From a bacterium (GTDB lineage: Bacteria > Krumholzibacteriota > Krumholzibacteriia > G020349025), in contig JANLSU010000099.1 in assembly GCA_031362565.1 (NCBI GenBank), forward strand, positions 1-42,150: a stretch of DNA of 42,150 nucleotides, written 5' to 3'. The notes beneath the pieces were generated by a model that saw only the letters and a program-made list of their open reading frames with translations, was not told the origin of the DNA and did no database searches. Positions 10,163-19,409 of the stretch are shown here, one piece after another. Both the position numbers and the translations under genes were made by a program. How positions within the stretch are numbered: position 1 is the stretch's first letter; each line of letters opens with the position of its first letter.

Positions 10163-12271
10163 TGGTTGGACGCGATCTGCGGCCCCTTCAATGCGGCTCA
10201 ACATGCGGCGCGCCGGCTCGGCCATCGCGGGCTTGGCGAGCGCGGCGCGCAGAATGCGCCGCGCATCCTCGGCGCGGCCGAGCTGCTGGTATGAATCCGC
10301 CAGGGCGGCCACGACTTCCCAGCCTTCGGTTCCATCCAAAGTTTGCGCGGCGGGTTCGAGGCGCGTAATCGCCGCCGGAAAGTTGCCGGCCAGGTTGTAC
10401 GCCAGGCCGAGGAACCGCATGGCCTCCGGGTTCTTGGCATCCGCAAAGCGTTCGAGCAACTCACCGATGCGGATCGCCTCTTGGCACAAGGCCGCGTCCT
10501 CCGGCGTCGGTGCGTCATGTAGCCGGCGGTTGCACGTGAGCAGATGCCAGGTGCATTCCAAGCGCCACAGCGAAACGGTCGCGACAGAGGCTTGCGCGAC
10601 GCGAAACAACCGCGCCGCGGTCGCGAAATCGCCGGCACCCATGCGGTACACGCCGACCACGAACTCGAGCGGCCGCTGCGCCGCGCCCGGCAAGCTGGGG
10701 TCGCGCTGGCGCTCGACCGCGGAACGGTCGAGATCGGTCATGCCGGCCAGCAGACTCGTGCGCCACGTGTCGTAGTGCTCGAATGCCGCGGCGTTGTTGT
10801 GTTTCATGAAGCCGATGTCGAAGAGATTGCGCATATAGCTCGCGGCCACATAGTCGGTGTAGACGCTGTGCCCGAGACGCTCGGCGTAGGTTTCCCAGTC
10901 GGGCAGTGCGGCGAGGTCCTCGGGGCGAACGCGTAACGGTTCAGGCATGGACGCCAAGGTGGCGGCAATCGTGCGGGCGAAAAGCGCCTGGCCGCGCCAG
11001 GACATGTGGACGTGGTCGTCCATCAATTCCCAGCCGACGGCACCGCCGGGGCTCGCGGCGCGAAACACGCCTTCCATGTCGCAGAGGGTCGCACCGGCGG
11101 CGGCCGCACTCCGCACCGCGTTGTTCGCGGCGCTCGTCGCGCGCCAAGGCCGGATGTCGAGATCGCGCGCCCGGACATATTCCGCGAGCGCCGCGGGGTT
11201 CTGCCCCAAAGCGGTCAACGCTTGGCCCAGAATGAAATGCGCCCGGGCATTCGTCGAGTCGCCGGCGATCGCGGCGCGCGCCAAGTCGGTGGCACCCGCG
11301 GCGTCGGACGTCAACGCTGCTGCGGCGCGGTCCAACGCCGCTTCATCTGCCGCCGGCCGTTCGGCGTCGAAACCAATCGGTGCGAGTCCCCGTTCGTTCG
11401 TCGGCACGGTGCAGACAATGACCGGCACGTGGCGCGCGATGCAACGCTGGACCATCGCCGTCATGTGCGCCTGCAGGCTCGTGGCCGCGGCTTGCCGGAG
11501 CGGGCTCGCGGGCGGAATTTGCTGCTTGCCGGCGAGCTGTTCCATGAGCGACCGGCTGGGTGGCGCCCGCCGGCCGAGCAACGACTCGAACCACTGCACG
11601 AGCCCCAGGCCGCGCACCGCACGCAGCACGCGCATGCCGCCGGGGGAGCGCGCCGCCCCGCTCAATGACGCGACGCCGTAAGCGCCATAGTATTCGTTGT
11701 TGCCGACCATCAAGACCACGAGGTCGGGTTCGTGTTCGAGTGCGGCATCGAGAAAGTAGCCGACCGGAAAGCTCGCGACGGCGGTGGCGCCCAGATTCAA
11801 AACCTCGACGCTGCGCTCGCCGTGCCATGCGTCGCGCAGCATCGCTTCCAGGAACGCCCCGTTGGTGATCGGCAGCGGTTGCGGGAACCCCTGAACCGCC
11901 GACTCACCCAAGAACAGGATGCGCACCGTGCCCGGGCGTTTCGGGGTTCGGAATTGCAGCTCGCGCATGCCACCGGTGAGCGAGTTGCCGCCGCGGAAAT
12001 ACTTGTTCGTGGCGCGCCGGCTGGTGGCGTACCACGTGCGGCCGCCATCCTCGCCGACCTTTTGTAAAACTGGCGGATATCCACCCCATCCGCTAGCCCG
12101 GCACGCGAGCTCGCCCAATCCGAGCACCACGAGCGGCAGGAGCACCGAGATGATCTGAAACACGCGACGGCGGCGCGGTGAGAGCGTTTTGTCGAGCGTG
12201 CGGCGCCGCTCTTCGAGCGTACGCGGCGGCGGAACGGCGCGTGTCGGGCGATTCGCGGGCGGTCTCGACAT
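10154..12271 (-). CDS. Membrane-anchored SGNH/GDSL-hydrolase-like protein with TPR-like repeats
   Basis: One N-terminal TM helix; SGNH blocks FLGES, NLG, GNNE, DHVH; TPR-like helices (ARAHFILGQAL, MRFLGLAYNLAG); RBS GGAAGGA. Confidence 0.8.
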   Translation of the reverse strand: MSRPPANRPTRAVPPPRTLEERRRTLDKTLSPRRRRVFQIISVLLPLVVLGLGELACRASGWGGYPPVLQKVGEDGGRTWYATSRRATNKYFRGGNSLTGGMRELQFRTPKRPGTVRILFLGESAVQGFPQPLPITNGAFLEAMLRDAWHGERSVEVLNLGATAVASFPVGYFLDAALEHEPDLVVLMVGNNEYYGAYGVASLSGAARSPGGMRVLRAVRGLGLVQWFESLLGRRAPPSRSLMEQLAGKQQIPPASPLRQAAATSLQAHMTAMVQRCIARHVPVIVCTVPTNERGLAPIGFDAERPAADEAALDRAAAALTSDAAGATDLARAAIAGDSTNARAHFILGQALTALGQNPAALAEYVRARDLDIRPWRATSAANNAVRSAAAAGATLCDMEGVFRAASPGGAVGWELMDDHVHMSWRGQALFARTIAATLASMPEPLRVRPEDLAALPDWETYAERLGHSVYTDYVAASYMRNLFDIGFMKHNNAAAFEHYDTWRTSLLAGMTDLDRSAVERQRDPSLPGAAQRPLEFVVGVYRMGAGDFATAARLFRVAQASVATVSLWRLECTWHLLTCNRRLHDAPTPEDAALCQEAIRIGELLERFADAKNPEAMRFLGLAYNLAGNFPAAITRLEPAAQTLDGTEGWEVVAALADSYQQLGRAEDARRILRAALAKPAMAEPARRMLSRIEGAADRVQPSR

Positions 12272-12308
12272 GGGTCCTTCCTGGATCGCCGCGAGTGTAG
12301 TGTGTTCC

Positions 12309-12362
12309 AGCCGCGCCTGACAACGACCGCCGAGCGCCGGGCGCTCGCCGTCAGGCGCGGCT
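12309..12362 (-). terminator. Long GC hairpin just downstream of the YHS-like gene (terminator or mRNA 3' stabiliser)
   Basis: Perfect 13-bp inverted repeat AGCCGCGCCTGAC/GTCAGGCGCGGCT enclosing CGAGCGC/GCGCTCG; no U-tract. Confidence 0.5.
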
Positions 12363-12373
12363 TCGGTGGGCGA

Positions 12374-13003
12374 TCACATCCCTCTCCGCACCGCGAAGCT
12401 GTCCGGCGTCGCGAGGAACGCGGTTCGGGTCGAGTCCGAAAGAAAGAAGTACCGGCGATTCTTGTATGCGGTCTGGGGTGAACTCTGCTGCGGTTGGAAG
12501 CGCTTCTGCGTCACCGGGTCGGTGAGCAGACCGCAGTAGCCGATCGGATTCTTGTCGAAGGTCCGGCGTGCCGTTCGACTGGAGAACATGAAGATCTCAT
12601 AGTTGAGACGCGCCGTGAGAGTCTTGTCGATTTTCGCCGTCTTGCCGGGCTCGACGGCACACGGCACCGTCACGTGCCGCGCTTCGAGATACTGCTCGGG
12701 GTCTTCACCGAAGACCTTCACGCAGGGGGTTCAACAGAAACCGACCGGCAGGCGGTTGACGTACACCGGGCGCATCTTGGGGTTGAGCTTATTCATGCGC
12801 ACGATGCAGCGGTCGTTCACCGACTCGAGCGAATCGGCATACCTGATTCGGGGGTGTTCGGGATCGGCAGTCGGCACACGGCGCTGTGACCGTGCACCCT
12901 GTGGAGCGAACACGAGCGCGACGACGAGCCCCGCGCCGACGGTACGTGCAGCGTGGTGGGACGCAGTGGTGCGCAGTCGAGAAACGAAAGCCAGTGGCAT
13001 CAT
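12374..13003 (-). CDS. Exported triple YHS-like domain protein, candidate selenoprotein (UGA at 12733-12731 read as Sec, motif GFC-U-TPC)
   Basis: ORFs 12731..13216 and 12374..12721 are in one frame, separated by TGA-ACC-CCC-TGC. The join gives VGFC*TPCVKVFGEDPEQYL, an intact YHS-like GFCCxxC..F..DP..Y motif. RBS AAGGAGG precedes ATGATG at 13003/13000; signal peptide; SECIS-like hairpin follows the UGA. Confidence 0.8.
12692..12725 (-). promoter_or_regulatory. Bacterial SECIS-like stem-loop
   Basis: mRNA after the UGA: ACCCC CUGC GUGAA GGUCUUC-GGU-GAAGACC CCGA GCAG. A 7-bp upper stem, a G-leading apical loop 21 nt from the UGA and a 4-bp lower stem. Confidence 0.7.
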
Positions 13004-13235
13004 GGCCTCCTTGGGATGAAACGTGTCGGACGACTTGCACACCAACCTTAGTGACGACGAGCTCTCGGTGCCAAGCGAAAGCGCCTTTGGTGACAAGAAA
13101 TGGACAAACGTGTCGCGTCGACGCGCTGGTTTTGGGACGAATGCCCGTAGTGATGCGGAGTGCGGTACACTGAGGAGACATGGCCGAGCGCCCTCGGTGT
13201 GCGTCGTTCTCGGCATTGACTACACAGGAGGCGAA

Positions 13236-13517
13236 GTGAAGGCGATTTGGAACGGCGTTGTGCTCGCCGAGAGTGCCGCGACCGAGGTCGTCGAAGGGAA
13301 TCACTATTTCCCGCCGGCCACGGTCCACATGGAATTCTTCAAGGAAAGCCGCACCCACACGACGTGTCCGTGGAAGGGCCTCGCAAGCTATTACAACATC
13401 GTGGTGAACGGCGCGGAGAACAAGGACGGGGCGTGGTTCTATCCGGAACCCAAGGATGCGGCCAAGGTCATTCGTGGCCACGTTGCCTTTTGGAAGGGTG
13501 TCGAGGTCGTGGAGTGA
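13236..13517 (+). CDS. DUF427 (NTP_transf_9) domain protein
   Basis: GTG start after AGGAGG; KAIWNGVVLAES, VEGNHYFP, TTCPWKGLASYY, AWFYPEPK, GHVAFWKGV. Confidence 0.92.
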   Translation: MKAIWNGVVLAESAATEVVEGNHYFPPATVHMEFFKESRTHTTCPWKGLASYYNIVVNGAENKDGAWFYPEPKDAAKVIRGHVAFWKGVEVVE

Positions 13518-13553
13518 ACGAGCACGAAGCTCGATGGAGCCGCACGGGGCACG

Positions 13554-16500
13554 ATGCGCTGGGACGGTGACCGCATCCGCTTCTCGCCGAGTGACCTCTC
13601 GGTCTACCTCGCAAGCGATTTCGCCGCGTGGATGGATCGGTGGTGGCTCGAACGCGGCCGCAAAGGTGCGCTGCCGTTGCCCGTCACGCGGCCACTTGCC
13701 GCGGGCGCGGCGAGTGATCTGCCGCTCTTCGCCGCCGCGCCGCGCGCCACGGCGCTCGAATGTTCGCCGCAAACCCCCGACGATGACGCACGCGTCTTGA
13801 TGCAGCGTGGCGCGGCGCACGAGCAGGCGGTGCTCGACCAACTGGCCGCGGCTGGAATCGTCACGGCGATTACCCTGGGCGAAGGCGCCCTGGACGCGAC
13901 GCGGCGCGCCATCGAGGCCGGCGTGGCCGGCATTTACCAGGCACACCTCGCGTCAGACCGTTTCGAAGGCCGCGCCGATTTCCTGCTGCGCGTCGAAGCC
14001 GCCGCCGGCCGGTTTTTGTACGAGCCCGCGGACGCCAAGCTGGCGCGCCGGATCAAACCGGATCACGTCGTGCAACTCTGTGCCTACGCGGCGATGCTCA
14101 CACCAATGCAAGGCATTGCACCGCGCGGCGCGACACTCTTCCTGGGCGACGGGTCGCGCCAACGCATCGATCTGGATCATCAGGCGCACTATGTGCGGCG
14201 CTTGATGCAGGCCTTCCTGGACGCTCAAGACGCGTTCGATCCGCTGCAGATGCCGCATCCGGGCCACGGTGGCGATCACGGGCGCTGGACGCAATGCGCC
14301 GACACCATCGTGGCGCTCACCGACCACGTGCGCGGTGTGGCCGGGATTCGCACCACCCAGATCCGCAAGCTCGAACGCGCCGGCATCACCACCATGACCC
14401 AACTCGCGGCTGGAACCGCCACGCCCGGCGAGGTTGCGGCGTGGAATGCCCCAGCCGTCAAACCGGTGCGCGTCGCGCCCGGCATCGCTCCGGACGTGCT
14501 GGCGCACCTTTCGACCCAAGCCCGGTTGCAAATCGAGTCGCGCGGTCTGCGCCGCCCGCACTACGAAGTCCGGCCGCATGCGGATCCTTTGGCACGGCGC
14601 GGCCTGACACTCGTCGCGCCGGAATCGGCGCTCGATGTGTACTTCGACATGGAAGGGCATCCGTTGCCCGACGGCAATTGGGAATACCTGTTCGGATCGG
14701 TGTATGAACAGGCGGGTGAGGTCGAATTCCACGATCTCTGGGCGCTCCGTCCGGAAGACGAACGCCCGGCCTTCGAAGCCTTTGTCGACTGGGCCTATGC
14801 ACGCTGGCAGCAGGACCCAGGCGCCCACATTTATCACTACAACGTCTACGAAGTCGCGGCGCTCCGGCGTCTCATGGGCAAGTATGGTTCGCGTGAAGAG
14901 GAAGTCGACCAACTCTTGCGGCACGAAGTGTTCGTGGACCTGTATCGCGTCGTGCAGCAGGGGCTGGTGATCGGTACGCCGGGCTACTCGTTGAAAGACC
15001 TCGAACCGCTCTTCCGGAGCGCACGCGGTGGCACCGTCAAGACCGCGCAAGGCTGCATGGCGGCGTTCGAAGGCTGGCTCGACACGCCGGATGGCCTGAC
15101 GTGGCGCGAATCACCGACACTGCAAGCGATTCGCGACTACAACCGGGACGATTGTGAGTCGACGCTCGAACTGGCGCGCTGGCTACGTGGTGTGCAATCC
15201 GAAGCGGGACTTCAATTCGTGCCGGCGCCGCGCGTCGCGGAGCGCTTGGCGCGCGCGGCCGTGGCAGCGACGCCCACCGCGCCCAACGCCGGCCTACCGG
15301 CCGGATTGGATTCGAAGGCCGTGCTCGAGGCCTTCGGCTTGACGCCGCCCGAAGACGATCCCGACGGCACTGAGTTGCGAGTCCCGGTGTCGGCGAGCGA
15401 ACAGCTCGCCCAAACTCTCCTTGGCATCTCGGCTCAATCCACCGACCCCGAGCGCGCCCGCGTCGCGACCGTCCTCGCACATCTCGTTGGGTATCATCGC
15501 CGCGAATGGAAGCCCGCCTGGTGGCGCATTTTCGATCGCGCCGGCTCGACAAGCGAAGAATTGGAAACAGACTTCGACTGTTTGGCGGGACTCGAACGCC
15601 TCCACCCAATCGTGCGCGGCGCACCGGTGCTTTGGGACTACAGTTTCGATGCCGACCAGGACACCAAGCTCGAGCCGGGGGATCTCTGCTGCTTCGCAGC
15701 CGACATCGATGCGGAAGTCCGCATCGTGACGATGGATCCGGAAGCGGGACGCATCACGCTCGATCCGGAACGCGGCGCCTCGCTGCCACCCGCGCATGTC
15801 GATCTCGTGCGCAAGGACATTCCGCCGATCCGGCCGCTCGCCAACGCGGTGTTTCGCTTTGCAGCGGCGTGGGCCGAAGGGCAAGTGCTCTCACCGGCCG
15901 TCGACGACCTCCTCTTCCGGCGTCCGGCCCGCATCGCCGGCCACACCGGTGGCAGCATCGCTCCCGAGGGCGTGGGCTTCGTGCCGGCGCTCACGGCCGC
16001 GGTGCGCAACTTGCAACAGAGCACGCTCTGCATTCAGGGCCCGCCCGGCACCGGCAAGACCCACAAGGCGTCGGAAGTCATTCTCGAGCTGTTGCGTGAG
16101 GGGCGCATCGTCGGCGTCATGGCGCATAGCCACAAAGCGATCGTCAACCTCATGCAGGCGGTGTTGCAGCGCGCCACCGAACGCGACATCGCGCTTGGCG
16201 GCGAGGCGCACGCGCGGGTCGTGAAGATCGGCGGCGAGCCGATCGCCGATGGGCGCGTTGCCTATGTCAAGACCAACAGCCAAATCGAAACCGAGCTGGC
16301 GCGCGGGCGCGACGCCGGCCGCGGACTCTTGGTGGGCGGAACCGCATGGTGTTTCGCGCGCGCTGCCGAGCAAACCGTGGATGTGCTGTTCGTGGACGAG
16401 GCCGGCCAGGTGGCGCTCGCCAACCTGGTCGCAGCCGGAAGCGCGGCGCGCAATCTGGTCCTGGTCGGCGATCAGATGCAGCTCGCCCAGCCGATTCAAG

Positions 16501-17237
16501 GCGCTCATCCCGGCGAAAGCGGCCAGTCGGCGCTGCAATACCTGCTGCAGGAACAAGCGACGATCCCCGACGATTTTGGGGTCTTCTTGGCGACGACGCA
16601 TCGCATGCACCCGGACGTCTGCGGCTTTATTTCGGAAGCGGTGTACGACGGGCGCTTGCATGCCGACGCGAAGACCGAGGCCCGGCGCGTGGTGTTCGGG
16701 CGGCGCATCGGCCCGCGTGTATTGCAGCGGCCGACGGGTGTCGTCTGGGTGCCCGTGCCGCACGAAGGCAATTCACAAGCCAGCGAACCGGAGGTCGACG
16801 CCGTCGCCGGCATCGTGCACGAATTGCTGACGGCCCAATTCCGCAGTGCGGCCGGCGTCGAGCGGCCGATGCAGCTCAACGATGTGCTGGTCGTCGCGCC
16901 CTACAACATGCAGGTGCGCCGGCTCTACCGGCGCCTGCGCGCCGATTTCGCCGCCGAACCGCGCGTCGGCAGCGTCGACCGATTTCAAGGGCTCGAGGCG
17001 CCGGCGGTCGTCGTGTCGATGTGCGCCTCGTCGATCGAAGACGTGCCACGTGGCCTCGAATTCCTGCTGTCGCCGAATCGCATCAACGTGGCGATCTCGC
17101 GCGCCCAATGCCTCGCCGTCGTGGTGGGCTCGCCGACCCTGCTCGCGGCGCGTTGCCGCAGCCTCGAACAGATGCGTCTTCTGGACCTGTACTGCCGTTT
17201 GGTGGAGTACGCGGAACGGCAAGCGGGGAGGGGCTAG
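13554..17237 (+). CDS. TM0106-family RecB-like nuclease / RNase H-like / SF1 (DNA2-UPF1-like) helicase fusion
   Basis: FSPSDL N-terminus; PD-(D/E)xK-like GRADFL..DAK..QLCAY; RNase_H_2 YFDMEG...YNRDDCEST; Walker A GPPGTGKT; VDEAGQ; VGDQMQL; VDRFQGLE; NRINVAISRA. Confidence 0.9.
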   Translation: MRWDGDRIRFSPSDLSVYLASDFAAWMDRWWLERGRKGALPLPVTRPLAAGAASDLPLFAAAPRATALECSPQTPDDDARVLMQRGAAHEQAVLDQLAAAGIVTAITLGEGALDATRRAIEAGVAGIYQAHLASDRFEGRADFLLRVEAAAGRFLYEPADAKLARRIKPDHVVQLCAYAAMLTPMQGIAPRGATLFLGDGSRQRIDLDHQAHYVRRLMQAFLDAQDAFDPLQMPHPGHGGDHGRWTQCADTIVALTDHVRGVAGIRTTQIRKLERAGITTMTQLAAGTATPGEVAAWNAPAVKPVRVAPGIAPDVLAHLSTQARLQIESRGLRRPHYEVRPHADPLARRGLTLVAPESALDVYFDMEGHPLPDGNWEYLFGSVYEQAGEVEFHDLWALRPEDERPAFEAFVDWAYARWQQDPGAHIYHYNVYEVAALRRLMGKYGSREEEVDQLLRHEVFVDLYRVVQQGLVIGTPGYSLKDLEPLFRSARGGTVKTAQGCMAAFEGWLDTPDGLTWRESPTLQAIRDYNRDDCESTLELARWLRGVQSEAGLQFVPAPRVAERLARAAVAATPTAPNAGLPAGLDSKAVLEAFGLTPPEDDPDGTELRVPVSASEQLAQTLLGISAQSTDPERARVATVLAHLVGYHRREWKPAWWRIFDRAGSTSEELETDFDCLAGLERLHPIVRGAPVLWDYSFDADQDTKLEPGDLCCFAADIDAEVRIVTMDPEAGRITLDPERGASLPPAHVDLVRKDIPPIRPLANAVFRFAAAWAEGQVLSPAVDDLLFRRPARIAGHTGGSIAPEGVGFVPALTAAVRNLQQSTLCIQGPPGTGKTHKASEVILELLREGRIVGVMAHSHKAIVNLMQAVLQRATERDIALGGEAHARVVKIGGEPIADGRVAYVKTNSQIETELARGRDAGRGLLVGGTAWCFARAAEQTVDVLFVDEAGQVALANLVAAGSAARNLVLVGDQMQLAQPIQGAHPGESGQSALQYLLQEQATIPDDFGVFLATTHRMHPDVCGFISEAVYDGRLHADAKTEARRVVFGRRIGPRVLQRPTGVVWVPVPHEGNSQASEPEVDAVAGIVHELLTAQFRSAAGVERPMQLNDVLVVAPYNMQVRRLYRRLRADFAAEPRVGSVDRFQGLEAPAVVVSMCASSIEDVPRGLEFLLSPNRINVAISRAQCLAVVVGSPTLLAARCRSLEQMRLLDLYCRLVEYAERQAGRG

Positions 17238-17402
17238 GCGTCTCGGTGCCGAGCGCCTATCCTTGAAGATACCGGAACGGGGCGAGGTGGGGACTCGACG
17301 ATCGACACCTAGGCGGAGGCAGCAGCATTGTCCCGAAGCCACCGTGACGCTGCGACGACAACGCCCCAAGTCGCCGCGGTGATCGCCGCGCCACGCATCA
17401 AG

Positions 17403-19409
17403 ATGCATCGAGTTCCGGCGGGGTCGCGCCTCAGGCGGTTCCTTGCCGTGGCGCTGGCCGGTGCGGCCGCCGTAGACGCTCTCCCGGCTCTCGCCCTCCA
17501 GGTCACCGACCGCGTCAAGATCAGCGAAGTCTGCTACGACCCGGGCGAGAATCCGGAAGCACCGTTCGAGTTCGTCGAGCTCTACAACGCCGGCACCACG
17601 ACCGCATTTCTCGACGGCGCCGTGATTTCCGATCAGGGGAACAACGGTAGCAACGAAACCACGTTTCAGTTTCCCGGTACACCGCTCACGGGTGCGAACA
17701 TTGCGCTGCCGCCGGGCCAGCTCATGCTGCTCGTGGTCTCGGCGACCGGCAGCACGTACGCGGACATCGACTATGAGTTCTACGGCGGCACGGCCGATAC
17801 CGACGATCCGGCAATTCCCAATCTGGTGAAAACAAGCGGCCTCGGGACCGACATGGGGCTCGCGAATAGCGGCGACGGGCTGACGTTGTCGGTCGGCGTG
17901 TCGACGGGCAACGTGATCCCTTGCAACGAAGTCGTCGATGGCGTGAGCTGGAAGGATGGCGGTGGAGTCGGCGAGTGGAATGCCATGAGCCGCACGGTGT
18001 GCACCGATCCGGCGCCGCATCCGGGCACGACTGGTCCGACGCAGTCTCTGCAGCGGCTCACGAACGGCAACGACACGGACCGCAGCGCCACCGATTTCGG
18101 CGTCGCGGTGCGCACCCCGCGCGAGCCGGCGCCTTGCCTGCTCAACCCGGCGTGCTTGAACAACGCCACGTACGCCCCGTGCGTGCCGCTCGCCAACTCG
18201 GCGGTGACGATTTCGGTGCACGCTGCGGCAGGTCCTTGGTCGAGCATCCGAACGTACTACAAGCTGGATACGGCGGCGAACTACGACTCCGTGACGATGA
18301 CGCCGGGGCCCAATTCGACGTTCACGGCGACGGTTCCCGGACAGGCCAACCTGTCCCGGGTGCTGTATTTCGTCCGCGGGCGTGATTCATCGGGCAACAT
18401 CTCGACCGTGCCGTCCACTGCGCCGGCGGTGCCGCGCGACTACCGGGTTGGCATCGTGACGATTGCCCAAATCCAAGGCAACGCCCTCGCCGATACCTGC
18501 GGGACCTCGCCCCTCGAGGGTCAGGCGGTGAACGTGCGCGGCGTCGTGACGCACGAGCAGGCGGAATACGATGTGCAGTCGTTCTTCGTGCAGCGCGGTA
18601 CCGCACCGAATTCCGGCATCCGCGTCTTCGTTCCCGACTTCTCGTTCTTACCCGGCTTCCGCGACAGCGTGCAAGTGGCCGGCGTGGTCGACGAAGTCGA
18701 CTGCGAAACGCGCATCGTCCTGTTTCCGGCCTGCGGGCAAGTCTTGGCACTGCGTCGCAAGGTCGCGCCGCGGCTGCTGGCGACGGTCGGCGAGATCGGC
18801 CAGGAGCAGAACGAGGGCATGCTGGTCACGGTTCCCGGCCCGATTGTGGTCGCAAGCAGTTTCGACACCACGGGGACAGATTTCGAGTTCAAGGTGGGCG
18901 CCGGTGCGAACACGGCCTGGGTGGGCGGGGATACGTTCACACCCGATGCGATCGGGTATTCCTACCGGCCGTCGCCGGGTGACGGACTCAATGCGCTCAC
19001 GGGCATCGTGGCGGTGCGCCATCCGAATGCGAATGACGCCGTCCTGCGCTTGCGGCTCGAGCCGCGGCGCGACAACGACGTCGACCGCAACTACACGGAC
19101 GTCGGTGACCCCGGTATCGAGGTCGTGCGTGCTTTCCGTTTGGGTCCGAACGTGCCCAACCCATTCAATCCCGTGACGACGCTCGAGTACGTCGTGCCGG
19201 AAGCCGCGGAGGTGCGTCTCGACATCTTCGATGCGCGTGGCACCCACGTCCGCACCCTGGTCGCACCGGCACGCGCCGAGCCCGGCACCGTGCGGGTGAC
19301 GTGGAATGGCACCAACGACGCCGGGCGCGCCCTCGCATCCGGGCTCTACGTGGTGCGCTTGAGCGCCGGCGCTCACAGCGCATCCCGCAAAATGCTGCTA
19401 CTGCGCTAA
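17403..19409 (+). CDS. Exported lamin-tail-domain + OB-fold protein with C-terminal FlgD-Ig tail
   Basis: VKISEVCYDP..EFVELYN (lamin tail); TIAQIQG..SPLEGQAVNVRGVVT..FFVQ..SGIRVF (YhcR-like OB); PNPFNPVT..WNGTND..SGLY tail. Start uncertain. Confidence 0.8.
   Translation: MHRVPAGSRLRRFLAVALAGAAAVDALPALALQVTDRVKISEVCYDPGENPEAPFEFVELYNAGTTTAFLDGAVISDQGNNGSNETTFQFPGTPLTGANIALPPGQLMLLVVSATGSTYADIDYEFYGGTADTDDPAIPNLVKTSGLGTDMGLANSGDGLTLSVGVSTGNVIPCNEVVDGVSWKDGGGVGEWNAMSRTVCTDPAPHPGTTGPTQSLQRLTNGNDTDRSATDFGVAVRTPREPAPCLLNPACLNNATYAPCVPLANSAVTISVHAAAGPWSSIRTYYKLDTAANYDSVTMTPGPNSTFTATVPGQANLSRVLYFVRGRDSSGNISTVPSTAPAVPRDYRVGIVTIAQIQGNALADTCGTSPLEGQAVNVRGVVTHEQAEYDVQSFFVQRGTAPNSGIRVFVPDFSFLPGFRDSVQVAGVVDEVDCETRIVLFPACGQVLALRRKVAPRLLATVGEIGQEQNEGMLVTVPGPIVVASSFDTTGTDFEFKVGAGANTAWVGGDTFTPDAIGYSYRPSPGDGLNALTGIVAVRHPNANDAVLRLRLEPRRDNDVDRNYTDVGDPGIEVVRAFRLGPNVPNPFNPVTTLEYVVPEAAEVRLDIFDARGTHVRTLVAPARAEPGTVRVTWNGTNDAGRALASGLYVVRLSAGAHSASRKMLLLR

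Noticed and set aside
12271..12376. The final TGA of the YHS-like gene is in frame with the downstream SGNH-TPR gene with no intervening stop and a hairpin follows, suggesting a second readthrough or fusion
   Set aside because: The codon is not at a Cys-type position, the hairpin loop (CCG) does not fit a SECIS, and the SGNH gene has its own RBS and N-terminal anchor. Open frames of 34 codons are common at this GC content.
13058..13074. TTGGCAC on the minus strand as a sigma54 promoter for the YHS-like gene
   Set aside because: There is no TTGC/GC at the -12 position.
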